From Candidatus Dormiibacterota bacterium (GTDB lineage Bacteria; Chloroflexota; Dormibacteria; Aeolococcales; Aeolococcaceae), in assembly GCA_963789735.1 (NCBI GenBank), contig CAWBLV010000006.1, forward strand, positions 810,846-874,845: a stretch of DNA of 64,000 bases, given 5' to 3'. The notes beneath the pieces are model-generated. The model made no database searches, had not been told where the DNA came from, and saw only the letters and a list, made by a program, of their open reading frames with translations. The position numbers were made by a program, and so were the translations under genes. Shown piece by piece: positions 1-10,415 of the stretch (position 1 is its first letter; each line of letters begins with the position of its first letter).

Positions 1-131
1 ACCTTGCGACGCGCTGTCCTCCACTCACGCCGCTCTGCTGATTCCAGCCCCACGTTGCGACTCGTAGCTCGCGGAGCGGGGTTGCACGGCGCAGTTCGTG
101 TCCTCCCCACCTTGCGGCACAGGGGGTCCTG

Positions 132-851
132 ATGCGGTTCGGCATCGCGGTGTTTCCAGGGACGTGGTCCGATCGCGACTGTAAGCACGCGGTCGAACTC
201 GCGGGGCACGAGGCGGTGATGCTGTGGCACAAGGATCGTGATCTGCAGGGCGCGGATTGCGTGATCCTGCCGGGTGGCTTTGCGTACGGCGATTACTTGC
301 GGGCGGGAGCTGTTGCTCGGTTTGCGCCGCTGATGGAATCCGTCAGTGAGTTTGCAAATGCCGGTGGCTTGGTATGGGGAATCTGCAATGGGTTTCAGGT
401 TCTCTGTGAGGCGCATTTGTTGCCGGGAGCGCTGACGCGCAACAGTTCGCTGGAGTTTCGTTGCGTGCCAACGTGGTTGCGCGTTGAGACCGCGGATAGC
501 GCCGTGACCTCGGGATGTGCGGTGGGTGACGTGCTGCAGGTTCCGGTATCGCACGGAGAGGGACGGTTTGTTGCAGATGAAGCGACGCTCGACATGCTTG
601 AACGTGAGCAGCGGGTGGCGTTTCGCTATGTTCGGCGGGACGGATCACCTGTTGGTGATGAGTCGCCGAATGGATCGATGCGCGATGTTGCGGGGATCGT
701 CAACGAGCGCCGCAATGTGCTCGGGATGATGCCGCACCCGGAACGGGCGTGTGAGCCGATGCTCGGGTCGTCCGATGGGATGCGACTGTTTGAAAACATC
801 GCAAACGCAGTCAGTCGCACTGGTGCGATGCCGGTCGCTGCGGCGTCGTGA
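132..851 (+). CDS. purQ: Phosphoribosylformylglycinamidine synthase subunit PurQ (glutaminase)
   Basis: 239 aa; class-I glutamine amidotransferase motifs (GICNGFQ..., HGEGRF); 4-nt overlap with downstream purL. Confidence 0.9.
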   Translation: MRFGIAVFPGTWSDRDCKHAVELAGHEAVMLWHKDRDLQGADCVILPGGFAYGDYLRAGAVARFAPLMESVSEFANAGGLVWGICNGFQVLCEAHLLPGALTRNSSLEFRCVPTWLRVETADSAVTSGCAVGDVLQVPVSHGEGRFVADEATLDMLEREQRVAFRYVRRDGSPVGDESPNGSMRDVAGIVNERRNVLGMMPHPERACEPMLGSSDGMRLFENIANAVSRTGAMPVAAAS

Positions 852-3070
852 CCACCATGCAATACGCGGCGGCGAGTGATGCGGACCTCGCGGAGGTGGC
901 GCTCACTCGCAGCGAGTATGCGCATCTTGCCGAGGCTCTCGGACGCGAGCCGAACCGGCTCGAGCTCGGCATCGTCGGCGCGCTCTGGAGCGAGCATTGC
1001 AGCTACAAGACGAGCAAGCCGCTGCTCGGCATGCTCCCGACCAAGGGTCCGCGCGTGTTGCAGGGCCCGGGCGAGAATGCCGGCGCGGTGGATATCGGCG
1101 ACGGTCTGGCGTGCGTGTTCAAGATCGAGTCGCACAACCATCCGAGCGCGATCGAGCCGTACCAGGGAGCTGCCACCGGTGTCGGCGGGATTCTGCGGGA
1201 CATCTTCACGATGGGCGCACGCCCGGTCGCGCTGCTCGATTCACTGCGCTTCGGTCCGCTCAACGAGCCCCATCAACGCCATCTCTTCGACGGCGTTGTC
1301 GCCGGCGTCGGTGGATACGGCAACTGCATCGGAGTACCCACTGTCGGTGGGGAGTTGTATTTCGACGAGTCGTATCGGACCAACTGTCTGGTCAATGCGA
1401 TGTGCGTGGGCATCGTCGAGCAGCGCAAGTTGACTCTCGCAACCGCGAGCGGCGCCGGCAACCTCGTCCTGCTCGTCGGCGCCGACACGGGTCGTGATGG
1501 CATTCACGGCGCCAGTTTCGCGTCGGTGGTTCTCGACGCGGACAGCAACGCGCGGCGTCCTGCCGTGCAGGTTGGCAACCCATTTCTCGAGAAGTGCCTC
1601 ATGGAGGCGTGTCTCGAGCTCGCAGGCGATCCGCGAGTGATCGCGATGCAGGATCTCGGTGCCGCCGGTCTCTGCGGGAGCACGGCGGAGCTCGCGCATC
1701 GAGGTCATTGCGGCATCGACGTCGACGTGGCGCGCGCCTCGCGTCGCGAGACGGGCATGACGCCGTATGAGGTGATGCTGAGCGAGTCGCAGGAGCGCAT
1801 GTTGATCGTTGCGAAGCCCGAGGACGTGCGCTCGCTGCAGGAGGTCTTCGAACGCTGGGATCTGCATTCGGACGTCGTCGCGGTCATCCTTCCCGACGAG
1901 CGTTTTGTGGTTCGTGACGGTGCCGAGCAGGTATGCGATCTGCCGCTCGATCTGCTCGTCGACGGCGCACCTCCGCGCACGGCGCCGGGACCCCGTCCGG
2001 ACCACCCTAAGACGCGGGCGGCAGCCGAGCGGACGGCGCCGGAATGGTCCGCGGGCGAGGCGCTGCTGGCGTTACTGGGCAGTCCGAACCTGGGGAGCCG
2101 GTCCTCGGTGTATCGCCGCTACGACCACCAGGTCGGCGACGCCACGGTGATCCTTCCCGGTGGTGATGCCGCGCTCGTGCGCGTCGATGGCACGCACCTC
2201 GGCATCGCCCTTGCAACCGACGGCAACTCGCGGTACACCGCGCTGGACGCGAGGCAGGGGGCGATGATCGCCGTCTGCGAGGCTGCCCGAAATGTCGTCG
2301 CGACCGGTGCGCAGCCGGCGGCGATCACGAATTGCCTGAATTTCGCCAACCCCGAGCACGCCGACGTGTGGTGGGACCTGCACGACGCGATCCAGGGCAT
2401 CAGCGAGGCATGCATCGCTCTCGATATTCCAGTGGTGAGCGGCAACGTGAGCCTGTACAACGACACCGGCGGGACCGGGATCGATCCGACGGTCGTCATC
2501 GGGATGGTGGGCGTGATCGGTGACGTCGCGCGGCGCTGTACGGCGGGATTTCGCGACGAGGGCGATGTGGTGGCGCTGGTTGGCCCCGTTGCTTCCGAAC
2601 TCGACGGGAGCGAGTACCAGCGAATCGCCCACGGGGTCAACGCCGGCTCGCCGCCGCAGCTCGACCTGGCGCTCGAGCGTCGCGTACAGGGCTTCGTCAT
2701 CGAGGCCGTCGCCGAGGGCCTCCTGCGCTCTGCGCACGACTGCGCGGAAGGGGGTATTGCGATCGCGCTTGCGGAGTCATGTCTGCTGGGCGACATAGGC
2801 GCCAATATCGCGATCGACGAGATCGAAACCGGCGAAGGGTTGATTAACGGGTCGGCCGGTATACTCTTCGGTGAGAGTCAATCTCGTTTTGTCATCAGCT
2901 TCGCCAGGGAGGCACTTGTGCGATTGCACGAGCTGGCAGGGCGGCACTCGGTCCCCTTCCGCGGTCTCGGCTCCGTCGGGGGCGAGAGGGTCTGCGTGAC
3001 CGGATGTCTCGACGTGTCACTCGCGGACGTGCGAGCGGTACACGAAGGAGCTTTGATCGAGCGTGAGTGA
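848..3070 (+). CDS. purL: Phosphoribosylformylglycinamidine synthase subunit PurL
   Basis: 740 aa; PurL signatures ([25 protein letters not shown], duplicated AIR-synthase-like domains). Confidence 0.92.
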   Translation: MTTMQYAAASDADLAEVALTRSEYAHLAEALGREPNRLELGIVGALWSEHCSYKTSKPLLGMLPTKGPRVLQGPGENAGAVDIGDGLACVFKIESHNHPSAIEPYQGAATGVGGILRDIFTMGARPVALLDSLRFGPLNEPHQRHLFDGVVAGVGGYGNCIGVPTVGGELYFDESYRTNCLVNAMCVGIVEQRKLTLATASGAGNLVLLVGADTGRDGIHGASFASVVLDADSNARRPAVQVGNPFLEKCLMEACLELAGDPRVIAMQDLGAAGLCGSTAELAHRGHCGIDVDVARASRRETGMTPYEVMLSESQERMLIVAKPEDVRSLQEVFERWDLHSDVVAVILPDERFVVRDGAEQVCDLPLDLLVDGAPPRTAPGPRPDHPKTRAAAERTAPEWSAGEALLALLGSPNLGSRSSVYRRYDHQVGDATVILPGGDAALVRVDGTHLGIALATDGNSRYTALDARQGAMIAVCEAARNVVATGAQPAAITNCLNFANPEHADVWWDLHDAIQGISEACIALDIPVVSGNVSLYNDTGGTGIDPTVVIGMVGVIGDVARRCTAGFRDEGDVVALVGPVASELDGSEYQRIAHGVNAGSPPQLDLALERRVQGFVIEAVAEGLLRSAHDCAEGGIAIALAESCLLGDIGANIAIDEIETGEGLINGSAGILFGESQSRFVISFAREALVRLHELAGRHSVPFRGLGSVGGERVCVTGCLDVSLADVRAVHEGALIERE

Positions 3071-4541
3071 TCAGGCCGGATTGAACGCCATCGACGACGA
3101 CCATCTCCATGAGGAATGCGGCGTCTTCGGGGTGTTCCACCCGGGTGAGGACGTCGCCAACCTGACGTATTTCGGCCTGTACTCGTTGCAGCATCGCGGA
3201 CAGGAATCCGCGGGCATCGCGGTCAGCGACGGCCGCGAAATTCGTGTCTGCAAGGAAATGGGCCTTGTGTCCCAGGTGTTCGACCAGGAGACCATCGACG
3301 GGCTCCGTGGCAACATCGCGATAGGCCACACGCGCTACAGCACCACTGGCAGCGCGCGGCTGCTCAATGCGCAGCCCATCTCTGTGGACCACCCTACGAT
3401 CGGCCCGGTCGTGATTGCACACAACGGCAATCTCGTCAACGCCACCAAGTTGCGCGATGAGCTCATCACCAAGGGCTTCGATTTCGAGACCACGAGTGAT
3501 ACCGAGGTACTCGGTGCCCTGATCGCGCAGACCGAGGCCGACACGCTGGAGCAGGCGCTCGCGGAGGCGCTGCCGCGTGTCGAAGGCGCGTACTGCCTCG
3601 TGTTCCTCACCAAGGACTCACTCGTCGCCGCGCGCGATCCGCTCGGTATCCGCCCGCTGTGCCTCGGCCGCTTCGGCGACGTCGATGCACCCGGCGGCAC
3701 CGGCTATGTGATGGCCAGCGAAACCTGCGCGCTCGATGTCGTCGGTGCGACCTTCATCTGCGAGATCGAGCCCGGCGAAATCGTGACCGTCGATGCATCC
3801 GGGATGCGCAGCACCAAGATCCAGCGCACCGCCGCGCACCGCGCGATGTGTTCATTCGAGTTCATCTACTTCGCGAGGCCCGACAGCGTGATGATGGGCA
3901 AGTCCCTGTACGAGTCACGGCGCCACATGGGTCGCGAGCTCGCGCGTGAGGCGCCGGCTGACGGAGACATCGTCATCACGCTGCCGGATAGCGGCACGCC
4001 CGCTGCGATCGGCTACGCCGAACAGGCGGGACTGCCATTCGCGGAAGGGATGATCAAGTCGCGCTACATCACGCGCACGTTCATCCAGCCGACACAGCGT
4101 CTGCGCGAGGCGGGCATCCGCTTGAAGTTCAACCCGATGCGCCACGTGCTCGAGGGCCGCCGCGTGGTGCTCGTGGACAACTCGATCGTGCGCGGCACGA
4201 CGTCGCGTCGCATCATCGATGAACTGCGCCGCGCGGGAGCGAGCGAGGTACACATGCGTATCGCGTCACCGCCGATCGCATGGCCATGCTTCATGGGCAT
4301 CGACATCGCATCGCGACGTGAGCTCATCGCCGCCGGCCACACCGAGCGTGAGATCGGCGCGATGCTCGGTGCTGATTCGCTTCGCTATCTCAGCCTCGCG
4401 GGCCTGCGCCGAGCAATGGGGCAACCCGATGGCAACGGCTTCTGCTTTGCCTGTTTCACCGGCTCGTACCCGGTGGACGTCCCGGCGCAACTCGAGATGG
4501 ACAAGCTCGCGCTGGAGATTCCGGTCGCCGTCTCGTCCTGA
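3063..4541 (+). CDS. purF: Amidophosphoribosyltransferase PurF
   Basis: 492 aa; N-terminal Ntn motif (CGVFGV), PRPP-binding and 4Fe-4S cysteines; overlaps purL end. Confidence 0.9.
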   Translation: MSDQAGLNAIDDDHLHEECGVFGVFHPGEDVANLTYFGLYSLQHRGQESAGIAVSDGREIRVCKEMGLVSQVFDQETIDGLRGNIAIGHTRYSTTGSARLLNAQPISVDHPTIGPVVIAHNGNLVNATKLRDELITKGFDFETTSDTEVLGALIAQTEADTLEQALAEALPRVEGAYCLVFLTKDSLVAARDPLGIRPLCLGRFGDVDAPGGTGYVMASETCALDVVGATFICEIEPGEIVTVDASGMRSTKIQRTAAHRAMCSFEFIYFARPDSVMMGKSLYESRRHMGRELAREAPADGDIVITLPDSGTPAAIGYAEQAGLPFAEGMIKSRYITRTFIQPTQRLREAGIRLKFNPMRHVLEGRRVVLVDNSIVRGTTSRRIIDELRRAGASEVHMRIASPPIAWPCFMGIDIASRRELIAAGHTEREIGAMLGADSLRYLSLAGLRRAMGQPDGNGFCFACFTGSYPVDVPAQLEMDKLALEIPVAVSS

Positions 4542-4547
4542 CCGTCA

Positions 4548-5525
4548 GTGACCGAGGACGCGCAGTCTGAGACGCACCTCGCGGAAATTCGCCGCGCGGC
4601 TGCGCGGATCAAAAGCCACGTGCGGCGCACGCCGCTGTTGCGAACGGACATCGCCCCGGGCTTGATGGTCAAACCGGAGTCGCTGCAGCTCACCGGGTCG
4701 TTCAAGGCACGCGGCGCTTTCAACGCGGTGCTGTGCCTGATCGAGCGGGAACCCGACGTCAGCGGCGTCGTCACCCACAGCTCCGGCAACCACGGCCAGG
4801 CACTCGCGTGCGCGGCCCGCGCCGTGGGTCTCCCTGCAACCATCGTCGTCCCATATGGCGTGACCCCGGCGAAGGTCGCCGGGATCCGATCATTCGGTGC
4901 GACGGTCGTGACCGACGGCGTCACGTACGACAACCGCGAGGCGATTGCCGAGGAGATCGCGGCCTCGCAGGGCCTTCGTCTCGTTCATCCATATGACGAC
5001 TGGGACGTCGTGCACGGCGCGGGCACTGTCGGGCTCGAGATCCTCGAGGACACTCCGGCCCCCGGGGCCGTTGTTGTGCCAGTCGGCGGTGGTGGTCAGA
5101 TCTCCGGCATCGCCCTGGCGCTGTCGGTGCTCTCACCGGACACGGCGATCATCGGCGTGGAGCCCGAAAGCGCCGCGGATGCTGCAGAGAGCTTGCGGAC
5201 CGGGGTGCTGCAAGCACTCGACGCCGACCCGGCGACACTTGCCGAGGGAGTGAAGTCCAAATCGATCGGCAATCGAAATTTCGAGGTGATGGTGGCGGGC
5301 GGGCTCGTCCGCGACATCGTCACAGTCTCGGAGCGCGAGCTCGAGGACGCGGTCCGTGTGGCGTGGACGCGACTCAAGCTGGCCATCGAGCCCACCGCTG
5401 CGCTGGCCCTGGCCGCATATCTCACCGGCAAAGTGCCTGCGGGCACTGCGGAGCACCCAACGGTGATCGTGCTCAGCGGCGGGAACTTCGACCCCGCAAC
5501 CGTCGCCGCGCTGCTCGTCGGGTAA
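4548..5525 (+). CDS. PLP-dependent threonine/serine dehydratase family enzyme
   Basis: 325 aa; PLP lysine motif (SFKARGAFNA), glycine-rich loop (GGGGQISG); fold-type II tryptophan-synthase-beta-like family. GTG start. Confidence 0.75.
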   Translation: MTEDAQSETHLAEIRRAAARIKSHVRRTPLLRTDIAPGLMVKPESLQLTGSFKARGAFNAVLCLIEREPDVSGVVTHSSGNHGQALACAARAVGLPATIVVPYGVTPAKVAGIRSFGATVVTDGVTYDNREAIAEEIAASQGLRLVHPYDDWDVVHGAGTVGLEILEDTPAPGAVVVPVGGGGQISGIALALSVLSPDTAIIGVEPESAADAAESLRTGVLQALDADPATLAEGVKSKSIGNRNFEVMVAGGLVRDIVTVSERELEDAVRVAWTRLKLAIEPTAALALAAYLTGKVPAGTAEHPTVIVLSGGNFDPATVAALLVG

Positions 5526-5609
5526 AGCAAGCGGCCCGAGCCGGTTGCATGCGCTGGCACACAACCTGACCCGGGCCGCAGCAACTCCGCGCCGAGAGGG
5601 CGCGTCCGA

Positions 5610-6419
5610 TTAGCCGCGCCGGTATCTCGCGACCGCCAGCGGCGCGAAGACGGCGACGATCGCGACCGACCAGATCAGAGAGCGGATCACGAAGTACGAC
5701 GTGGGGTGACCGAGCAACGCTTCGGCAGGCGCACCCTCAGTCAGGCAGCGCACGGCGTTCACCATCACCGTCAGCGGCTGATTCTCGGCGAACCCCTGCA
5801 TCCACGACGGCATCGTCGCCACCGGGATGTATGCCGATGACACGAACGTGAACGGGAAGACGATCAGCGCAAACCCCTGGGCGGCTTGCGCCGACCCCGC
5901 GAGCATGCCCATGAGAATGAAGACCCATTCGAAGACGAAGCCGAAGAGCAGCACCATCGCCGCGGCCGCGAGCGCGCCGCCGATACTGCCGTGAATACGA
6001 AAGCCCACAAGGAAACCGATCCCGACCGTCACCACGAGGCCCCATGCCTGGAGCACTGTGTCGGCGATTGCACGGCCCACGAGTACCGCGCTGCGCGGAA
6101 TCGGCAGTGATCGCAGCCGCGCGATCAGCCCCGCGCTGAGGTCCTCGGCCATTCCAGCGGACGCGTACATCGCGTTGAAGAGCACGCCGGTCGTGATGAA
6201 TCCGGGCACAACGAAGTCGACGTAGTTGATGCCCTTGATCGCGATCGCCCCGCCGAAGACGTACCGGAAGATGAGCAGGAACATGGCGCCCTGCAACGTT
6301 CCGACCACGACGAGTTGCGGCGACCTGATGAACTTGAGCAGCACACGGCGTGCAATCTGCCCCGTCGAGACGAAGATGCCGGCGGCGTTGCCGCGTTGCG
6401 GTGCGAGTGCGATGCTCAT
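5610..6419 (-). CDS. ABC-2 type exporter permease
   Basis: 269 aa, six predicted TM segments; 4-nt overlap with upstream ATPase gene (DrrB-like arrangement). Confidence 0.7.
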   Translation of the reverse strand: MSIALAPQRGNAAGIFVSTGQIARRVLLKFIRSPQLVVVGTLQGAMFLLIFRYVFGGAIAIKGINYVDFVVPGFITTGVLFNAMYASAGMAEDLSAGLIARLRSLPIPRSAVLVGRAIADTVLQAWGLVVTVGIGFLVGFRIHGSIGGALAAAAMVLLFGFVFEWVFILMGMLAGSAQAAQGFALIVFPFTFVSSAYIPVATMPSWMQGFAENQPLTVMVNAVRCLTEGAPAEALLGHPTSYFVIRSLIWSVAIVAVFAPLAVARYRRG

Positions 6420-7378
6420 GCCACCTCCTCCTTGGGTGTGCCGGTGAGGGCAAGAAACGCTTCATCGAGCGTGGGCTGGCGAACGGAAACCTCATCGATT
6501 GCGATGCCGGTGTCGTCAAGGGGCCGCAGTGCGGCGAAGACGCGTTCGGTGTCGGCGCTGAGCGCAACGCTCACGCTGCGGGTCGGCACGTCGATGGTCG
6601 CCGGCCCATCGCCGATTGCCATGAGGATGGTTGCGACTCGATCCAGCGCGGAGCTGTCCCGGACGTGCACCTCGACGACGTTGCGCCCCGCAAGACGCTT
6701 CAACTCCCGGGGCGTCCCCGATGCGATCACCCGGCCGTGATCGATGATGGCGATCTGTGACGCGAGATGATCGGCCTCATCGAGGTACTGGGTGGTGAGC
6801 AGGACGTCGGTGCCATTGGTGACGAGCGAGCGGATGACATCCCAGAGCTCGATGCGGCTGCGTGGGTCCAGTCCTGTCGTCGGCTCGTCGAGGAGGAGCA
6901 GGCGCGGGCGGGCGACGAGGCTCGCTCCGAGGTCGAGGCGGCGGCGCATGCCACCCGAGTACGTGCGGACGAGCCGGTCCGCCGCGTCGGTCAGGCCCAT
7001 CTGCTCGATCACCGCCGCGGCATCGCGCCGGGCGTCCGAGGCGGAGGCGCCGAAGAGGCGCGCCACCATCGCGACGTTCTCGCGGCCGGTCATCGTCGGC
7101 TCGACCGCGGCCGATTGCCCGGCAAGCGCGATGCTCCGCCTGACCGCGCCGGGATCGCGTGCGACGTCGATCCCCTGGACCCGGAGGGTCCCCTCGTCCG
7201 GCCGGATCAGCGTTGCGACGAGATTGACGAACGTCGTCTTGCCCGCGCCGTTCGGACCGAGCAGGGCCAGGACCTCGCCCGGCTGCATCGTGAGACTGAG
7301 GCCGTCGAGGGCCCGTGTCTTGCCGAATGTCTTGACGAGGTCGGCGGCCTCCAGCGTAGGATTCATCTCTAACACCAT
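6416..7378 (-). CDS. ABC transporter ATP-binding protein (DrrA-like)
   Basis: 320 aa; Walker A (GPNGAGKTT), signature (YSGGMRRRL), Walker B (LLLLDEPT). Confidence 0.85.
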   Translation of the reverse strand: MVLEMNPTLEAADLVKTFGKTRALDGLSLTMQPGEVLALLGPNGAGKTTFVNLVATLIRPDEGTLRVQGIDVARDPGAVRRSIALAGQSAAVEPTMTGRENVAMVARLFGASASDARRDAAAVIEQMGLTDAADRLVRTYSGGMRRRLDLGASLVARPRLLLLDEPTTGLDPRSRIELWDVIRSLVTNGTDVLLTTQYLDEADHLASQIAIIDHGRVIASGTPRELKRLAGRNVVEVHVRDSSALDRVATILMAIGDGPATIDVPTRSVSVALSADTERVFAALRPLDDTGIAIDEVSVRQPTLDEAFLALTGTPKEEVA

Positions 7379-7394
7379 CCGAGTGAAATAGCGT

Positions 7395-7441
7395 CTAACG
7401 GTGACGTGCTAGATGCTAGACTAACGTCGTTAGGCACGTCA
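7395..7441. promoter_or_regulatory. Candidate TetR operator in divergent promoter region
   Basis: 13-bp near-perfect palindrome CTAACG-T-CGTTAG (7421-7433), flanked by inverted TGACGTGC (7402-7409) / GCACGTCA (7434-7441); lies between the divergent ABC exporter and the TetR gene. Confidence 0.35.
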
Positions 7442-7491
7442 AGCCCCTAGCCATTTCGCGGCTGGTCGGCCGCGCAACGGAGGACACATCT

Positions 7492-8661
7492 GTGGCCCGT
7501 CAGGAGACGGAGGGATCCCGGCTCAACCGCGAAACGGTTATCCAGGCAGCGCTCGCCATGCTTGATGCCGTCGGTGTCGATGGTCTCTCGATGCGCGCGC
7601 TTGCCGACCGGCTCGGCGTGAAGGCCGCGTCCTTGTATTGGCACCTCCGCGACAAGGATCAACTCCTCGAATTGGTGGCGGAGTTCGTCCTCGACCGCGT
7701 GGCGGTGCCTGCGCCGGGATCGGCGTGGCGCCCGCAGGTGGTTGCGGTCTGCGCTGAGCTCTCGCGATATCTGAAGCAGCACCGGGGCGCCGCGACAGTG
7801 GTGCTCGGGTCTCCCGCAGTCGTGCAGCGCAGCCGCCTCACCCGCGACCTTGCCCACCTTCTTTCAGCCGCGGGTCTTGCGGATGCCGAAGGAGCGGCGG
7901 CCACGCTCGTGATCGAATCCGCGGTGTCGGCGTTCACCGAACAGCCGGCAGCCAGTCGCGGGCCCGGTGGCCAGGCGATGACTCTTGCCATCGATTCGGG
8001 CTCATGGAAAGTGCTCGTCCGCGCGGCCCAGTCGGGCACCGTCGACATCGCAACGTCGACCGGCGGTGGCGGTGCCGCGTCAGTGGAGCTCCGCCCCGGC
8101 AGCCTGGTGCTCGTGAAGAACCGCCGGGGCGGCGATCACGGCGCAGTGGAGCTGAGCCCGAATTACACGTGGTATTTCAAGATCCACGGCGGCACATGGA
8201 ACACGGTGCTCGATCTTTCCGGACTGCGAGTGAGCGGTATCGAGCTCGACAGCGGCGCCGGCAATGTGACCTGCACGCTGCCGGCTCCGGTGGGCGTGGT
8301 GCCCATCCGCGTCAACAGCGGCATCGTCGGGGTCACCCTGCACCGTCCTGCGAATACGGCTGCCCACGCGATGGTCTCGCCGGGTTCGGTCAAGGTTCGT
8401 CTCGATGACAAGCCGATCCGCGCCGTGAAGACCGACATGCAGTGGGATTCGTCGACGCCCACGCGCAGCGACGACCGCTACGACCTCGCGGTGTACAGCG
8501 GCTGCGTGCGCGTGACGCTCGACACAGCCGCACCGGTGACAAGCTCCGCGGCGCCGGCACCGGGATCCGCGGACGACGATGCGGCGTGGCGCGCCGACCA
8601 GGGCGTGAGCCTCGTCCTCGACGGCATCGAGAAGCGGCTGACCGATCGCCAGTCTCGCTGA
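7492..8661 (+). CDS. TetR-family regulator fused to a C-terminal beta-strand-repeat (DUF4097/DUF2807 'toastrack'-like) domain
   Basis: 389 aa. Residues 1-155 are a TetR HTH (LSMRALADRLGVKAASLYWH). Residues ~170-360 are repetitive SG-x-V-x-V-T-L strands (VSGIELDSGAGNVTCTL, VNSGIVGVTLH, SPGSVKVRLD, YSGCVRVTLD). Confidence 0.75.
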   Translation: MARQETEGSRLNRETVIQAALAMLDAVGVDGLSMRALADRLGVKAASLYWHLRDKDQLLELVAEFVLDRVAVPAPGSAWRPQVVAVCAELSRYLKQHRGAATVVLGSPAVVQRSRLTRDLAHLLSAAGLADAEGAAATLVIESAVSAFTEQPAASRGPGGQAMTLAIDSGSWKVLVRAAQSGTVDIATSTGGGGAASVELRPGSLVLVKNRRGGDHGAVELSPNYTWYFKIHGGTWNTVLDLSGLRVSGIELDSGAGNVTCTLPAPVGVVPIRVNSGIVGVTLHRPANTAAHAMVSPGSVKVRLDDKPIRAVKTDMQWDSSTPTRSDDRYDLAVYSGCVRVTLDTAAPVTSSAAPAPGSADDDAAWRADQGVSLVLDGIEKRLTDRQSR

Positions 8662-8804
8662 TCCGGCTCGAGCACGGATCGGCTCATCCTTGGCCTGTCG
8701 ATTTCCGGCAATGAGCTCCGTATAGGAGATGACGGGCCGGACGACCGGCCACCAGAAACAGACGGCACGATCTCACCAGGAGTTCGTGCGAAGGAGGAAC
8801 CTCG

Positions 8805-9164
8805 ATGAAGCAGTACATGCTCAGCGTCTATCACGCAGACAAGGGTCCAGCACTGGCGCCCGAGGTGATGGCCAAGAGTATCCGTGACGTCGACGCCATC
8901 AACGCGGAGATGGAGGCCGCGGGCGCGTGGATCTTCGCCGGCGGCCTGCACAACGACAGCACGGCATCCGTGGTGAGCGTCAAGGACGGGGCCGTGGTCA
9001 CGACCGACGGCCCGTACGCAGAGGCCAAGGAGCGTATCGGCGGCTTCTGGGTCATCCAGGCGGAAGACCTCGACGCCGCGCTCGCGTGGGCGCGCAAGGC
9101 GACTGTCGCGTGCGTCGCCCCGATCGAGGTCAGGCCGTTCATGGACGGGCCCCAGGAAGCCTGA
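8805..9164 (+). CDS. YciI-like (DGPF domain) protein
   Basis: 119 aa; YCII-related domain; RBS AAGGAGGA upstream; immediately precedes the ECF sigma gene. Confidence 0.8.
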   Translation: MKQYMLSVYHADKGPALAPEVMAKSIRDVDAINAEMEAAGAWIFAGGLHNDSTASVVSVKDGAVVTTDGPYAEAKERIGGFWVIQAEDLDAALAWARKATVACVAPIEVRPFMDGPQEA

Positions 9165-9172
9165 TTCAAGAC

Positions 9173-10393
9173 ATGCCGCGCGTGGGTGATTCGGAGATCG
9201 AGCGTGTGTTCCGCGACGAGTTCGGGCGTGCCGTGGCCGTGCTCGTCCGATCTTTTGGGGACATCGACATCGCCGAGGAGGCAGTCCAGGAAGCGTTCAC
9301 CGTTGCCGTGCAGCGGTGGCCGGAGACGGGACTGCCTCCCAGCCCGGCGGGCTGGATCATCACCACGGCAAGGCGCCGTGCCATCGATCGCCTCCGCGGT
9401 GACGCCGCCCGAGCTGATCGCTACGCCAAGGCCGCGCTGATGCACGCCGAAAACATGCCGATCGATGACGGACCAGTGCGCGACGAGCGCCTCCGGCTCA
9501 TCTTCACCTGCTGCCATCCCGCACTCGCCACAGAGGTGCAGATCGCTCTGACGCTGCGGCTGCTCGGTGGTCTCTCGACCGTGGAAATCGCGCGTGCATT
9601 CATCGTCCCCGAGGCGACGATGGCGCAGCGCATCGTCCGAGCGAAGCACAAGATTCGCGACGCCGGAATCCCGTATCGCGTGCCGGCGTCGACGGAACTT
9701 GCAGCCCGGCTCAGCGCGGTGCTCACGGTTGTCTACCTGATCTTCAACGAGGGGTACGTGGCGAGCTCCGGCGAGCGTCTTGATCGTGCAGACCTGTGCG
9801 TCGAGGCGATCCGGCTCGGCCGGATTCTCACCGAGCTCATGCCGGACGAGCCCGAGGTCCTCGGTCTCCTCGGGCTCATGCTGCTCATCCACTCACGCCA
9901 GCGCAGTCGCACAACGGCGAACGGAGATCTCGTGCTCCTCGAGGATCAGGACCGGTCGACGTGGGATCGCTCGCTCATCGAAGAGGGCCAGCAGATCGTG
10001 CGCGAGTGCCTGCGGCGCAATCAGCCTGGTCCGTATCAGATCCAGGCCGCGATCAGTGCGGTCCACAGCGATGCAGCGCGCGCATCCGACACCGATTGGG
10101 GACAGATCCTCCAGCTGTACGACCAGCTGCTTGCGCTGAACCCGACACCCGTCGTGGCGCTCAACCGTGCGGTCGCGCTCGCGGAGGTGCGCGGCGCCGC
10201 GGTGGCGTTGGACGCCGTGGACGGCCTCGACTTCGGCGAGTACTACTTGTTCCACGCAGTCAGGGCCGACCTGCTGAGCAGGGTCGGCCGCAACGATGAC
10301 GCGCGCGCCGAGTATGTCCTCGCCGCCGAGCGCACTTCCAACGCCGTCGAGCGGACCTTTTTGATGCAAGCCCGCAACGCGCTCCCTGCGTAA
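9173..10393 (+). CDS. ECF sigma factor, ECF42-type (sigma-70 regions 2/4 plus C-terminal TPR-like extension)
   Basis: The ORF caller extended it upstream; the first in-frame ATG after the YciI stop is 9173 ([13 protein letters not shown]...). Regions 2 and 4 are recognisable, with a ~200-aa C-terminal extension; pairing with YciI is typical of ECF42. Confidence 0.8.
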   Translation: MPRVGDSEIERVFRDEFGRAVAVLVRSFGDIDIAEEAVQEAFTVAVQRWPETGLPPSPAGWIITTARRRAIDRLRGDAARADRYAKAALMHAENMPIDDGPVRDERLRLIFTCCHPALATEVQIALTLRLLGGLSTVEIARAFIVPEATMAQRIVRAKHKIRDAGIPYRVPASTELAARLSAVLTVVYLIFNEGYVASSGERLDRADLCVEAIRLGRILTELMPDEPEVLGLLGLMLLIHSRQRSRTTANGDLVLLEDQDRSTWDRSLIEEGQQIVRECLRRNQPGPYQIQAAISAVHSDAARASDTDWGQILQLYDQLLALNPTPVVALNRAVALAEVRGAAVALDAVDGLDFGEYYLFHAVRADLLSRVGRNDDARAEYVLAAERTSNAVERTFLMQARNALPA

Positions 10394-10415
10394 AGGAGCG
10401 ATCGCGCCCTGCGGA

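Noticed and set aside
1-131. Open frame running off the 5' window edge and ending at the purQ start, expected position of purS
   Set aside because: No frame of the 131 nt gives a PurS-like C-terminus, so it is left unassigned. It may be a purS 3' end disrupted by an indel, or an unrelated gene.
343-2805. Multiple antisense or alternate-frame ORFs (60-276 aa) overlapping purQ/purL and most other genes
   Set aside because: Typical spurious open frames of a 70%-GC genome. Their translations are Arg/Pro/Ala-rich low-complexity strings, and each lies entirely within a well-supported gene on the other strand or frame.
5526-5609. Inverted repeat GCGGCCCG...CGGGCCGC between convergent genes as an intrinsic terminator
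   Set aside because: 8-bp stem with a 33-nt loop and no U-tract; too weak to call. GC-rich hairpins of this size occur by chance at this base composition.
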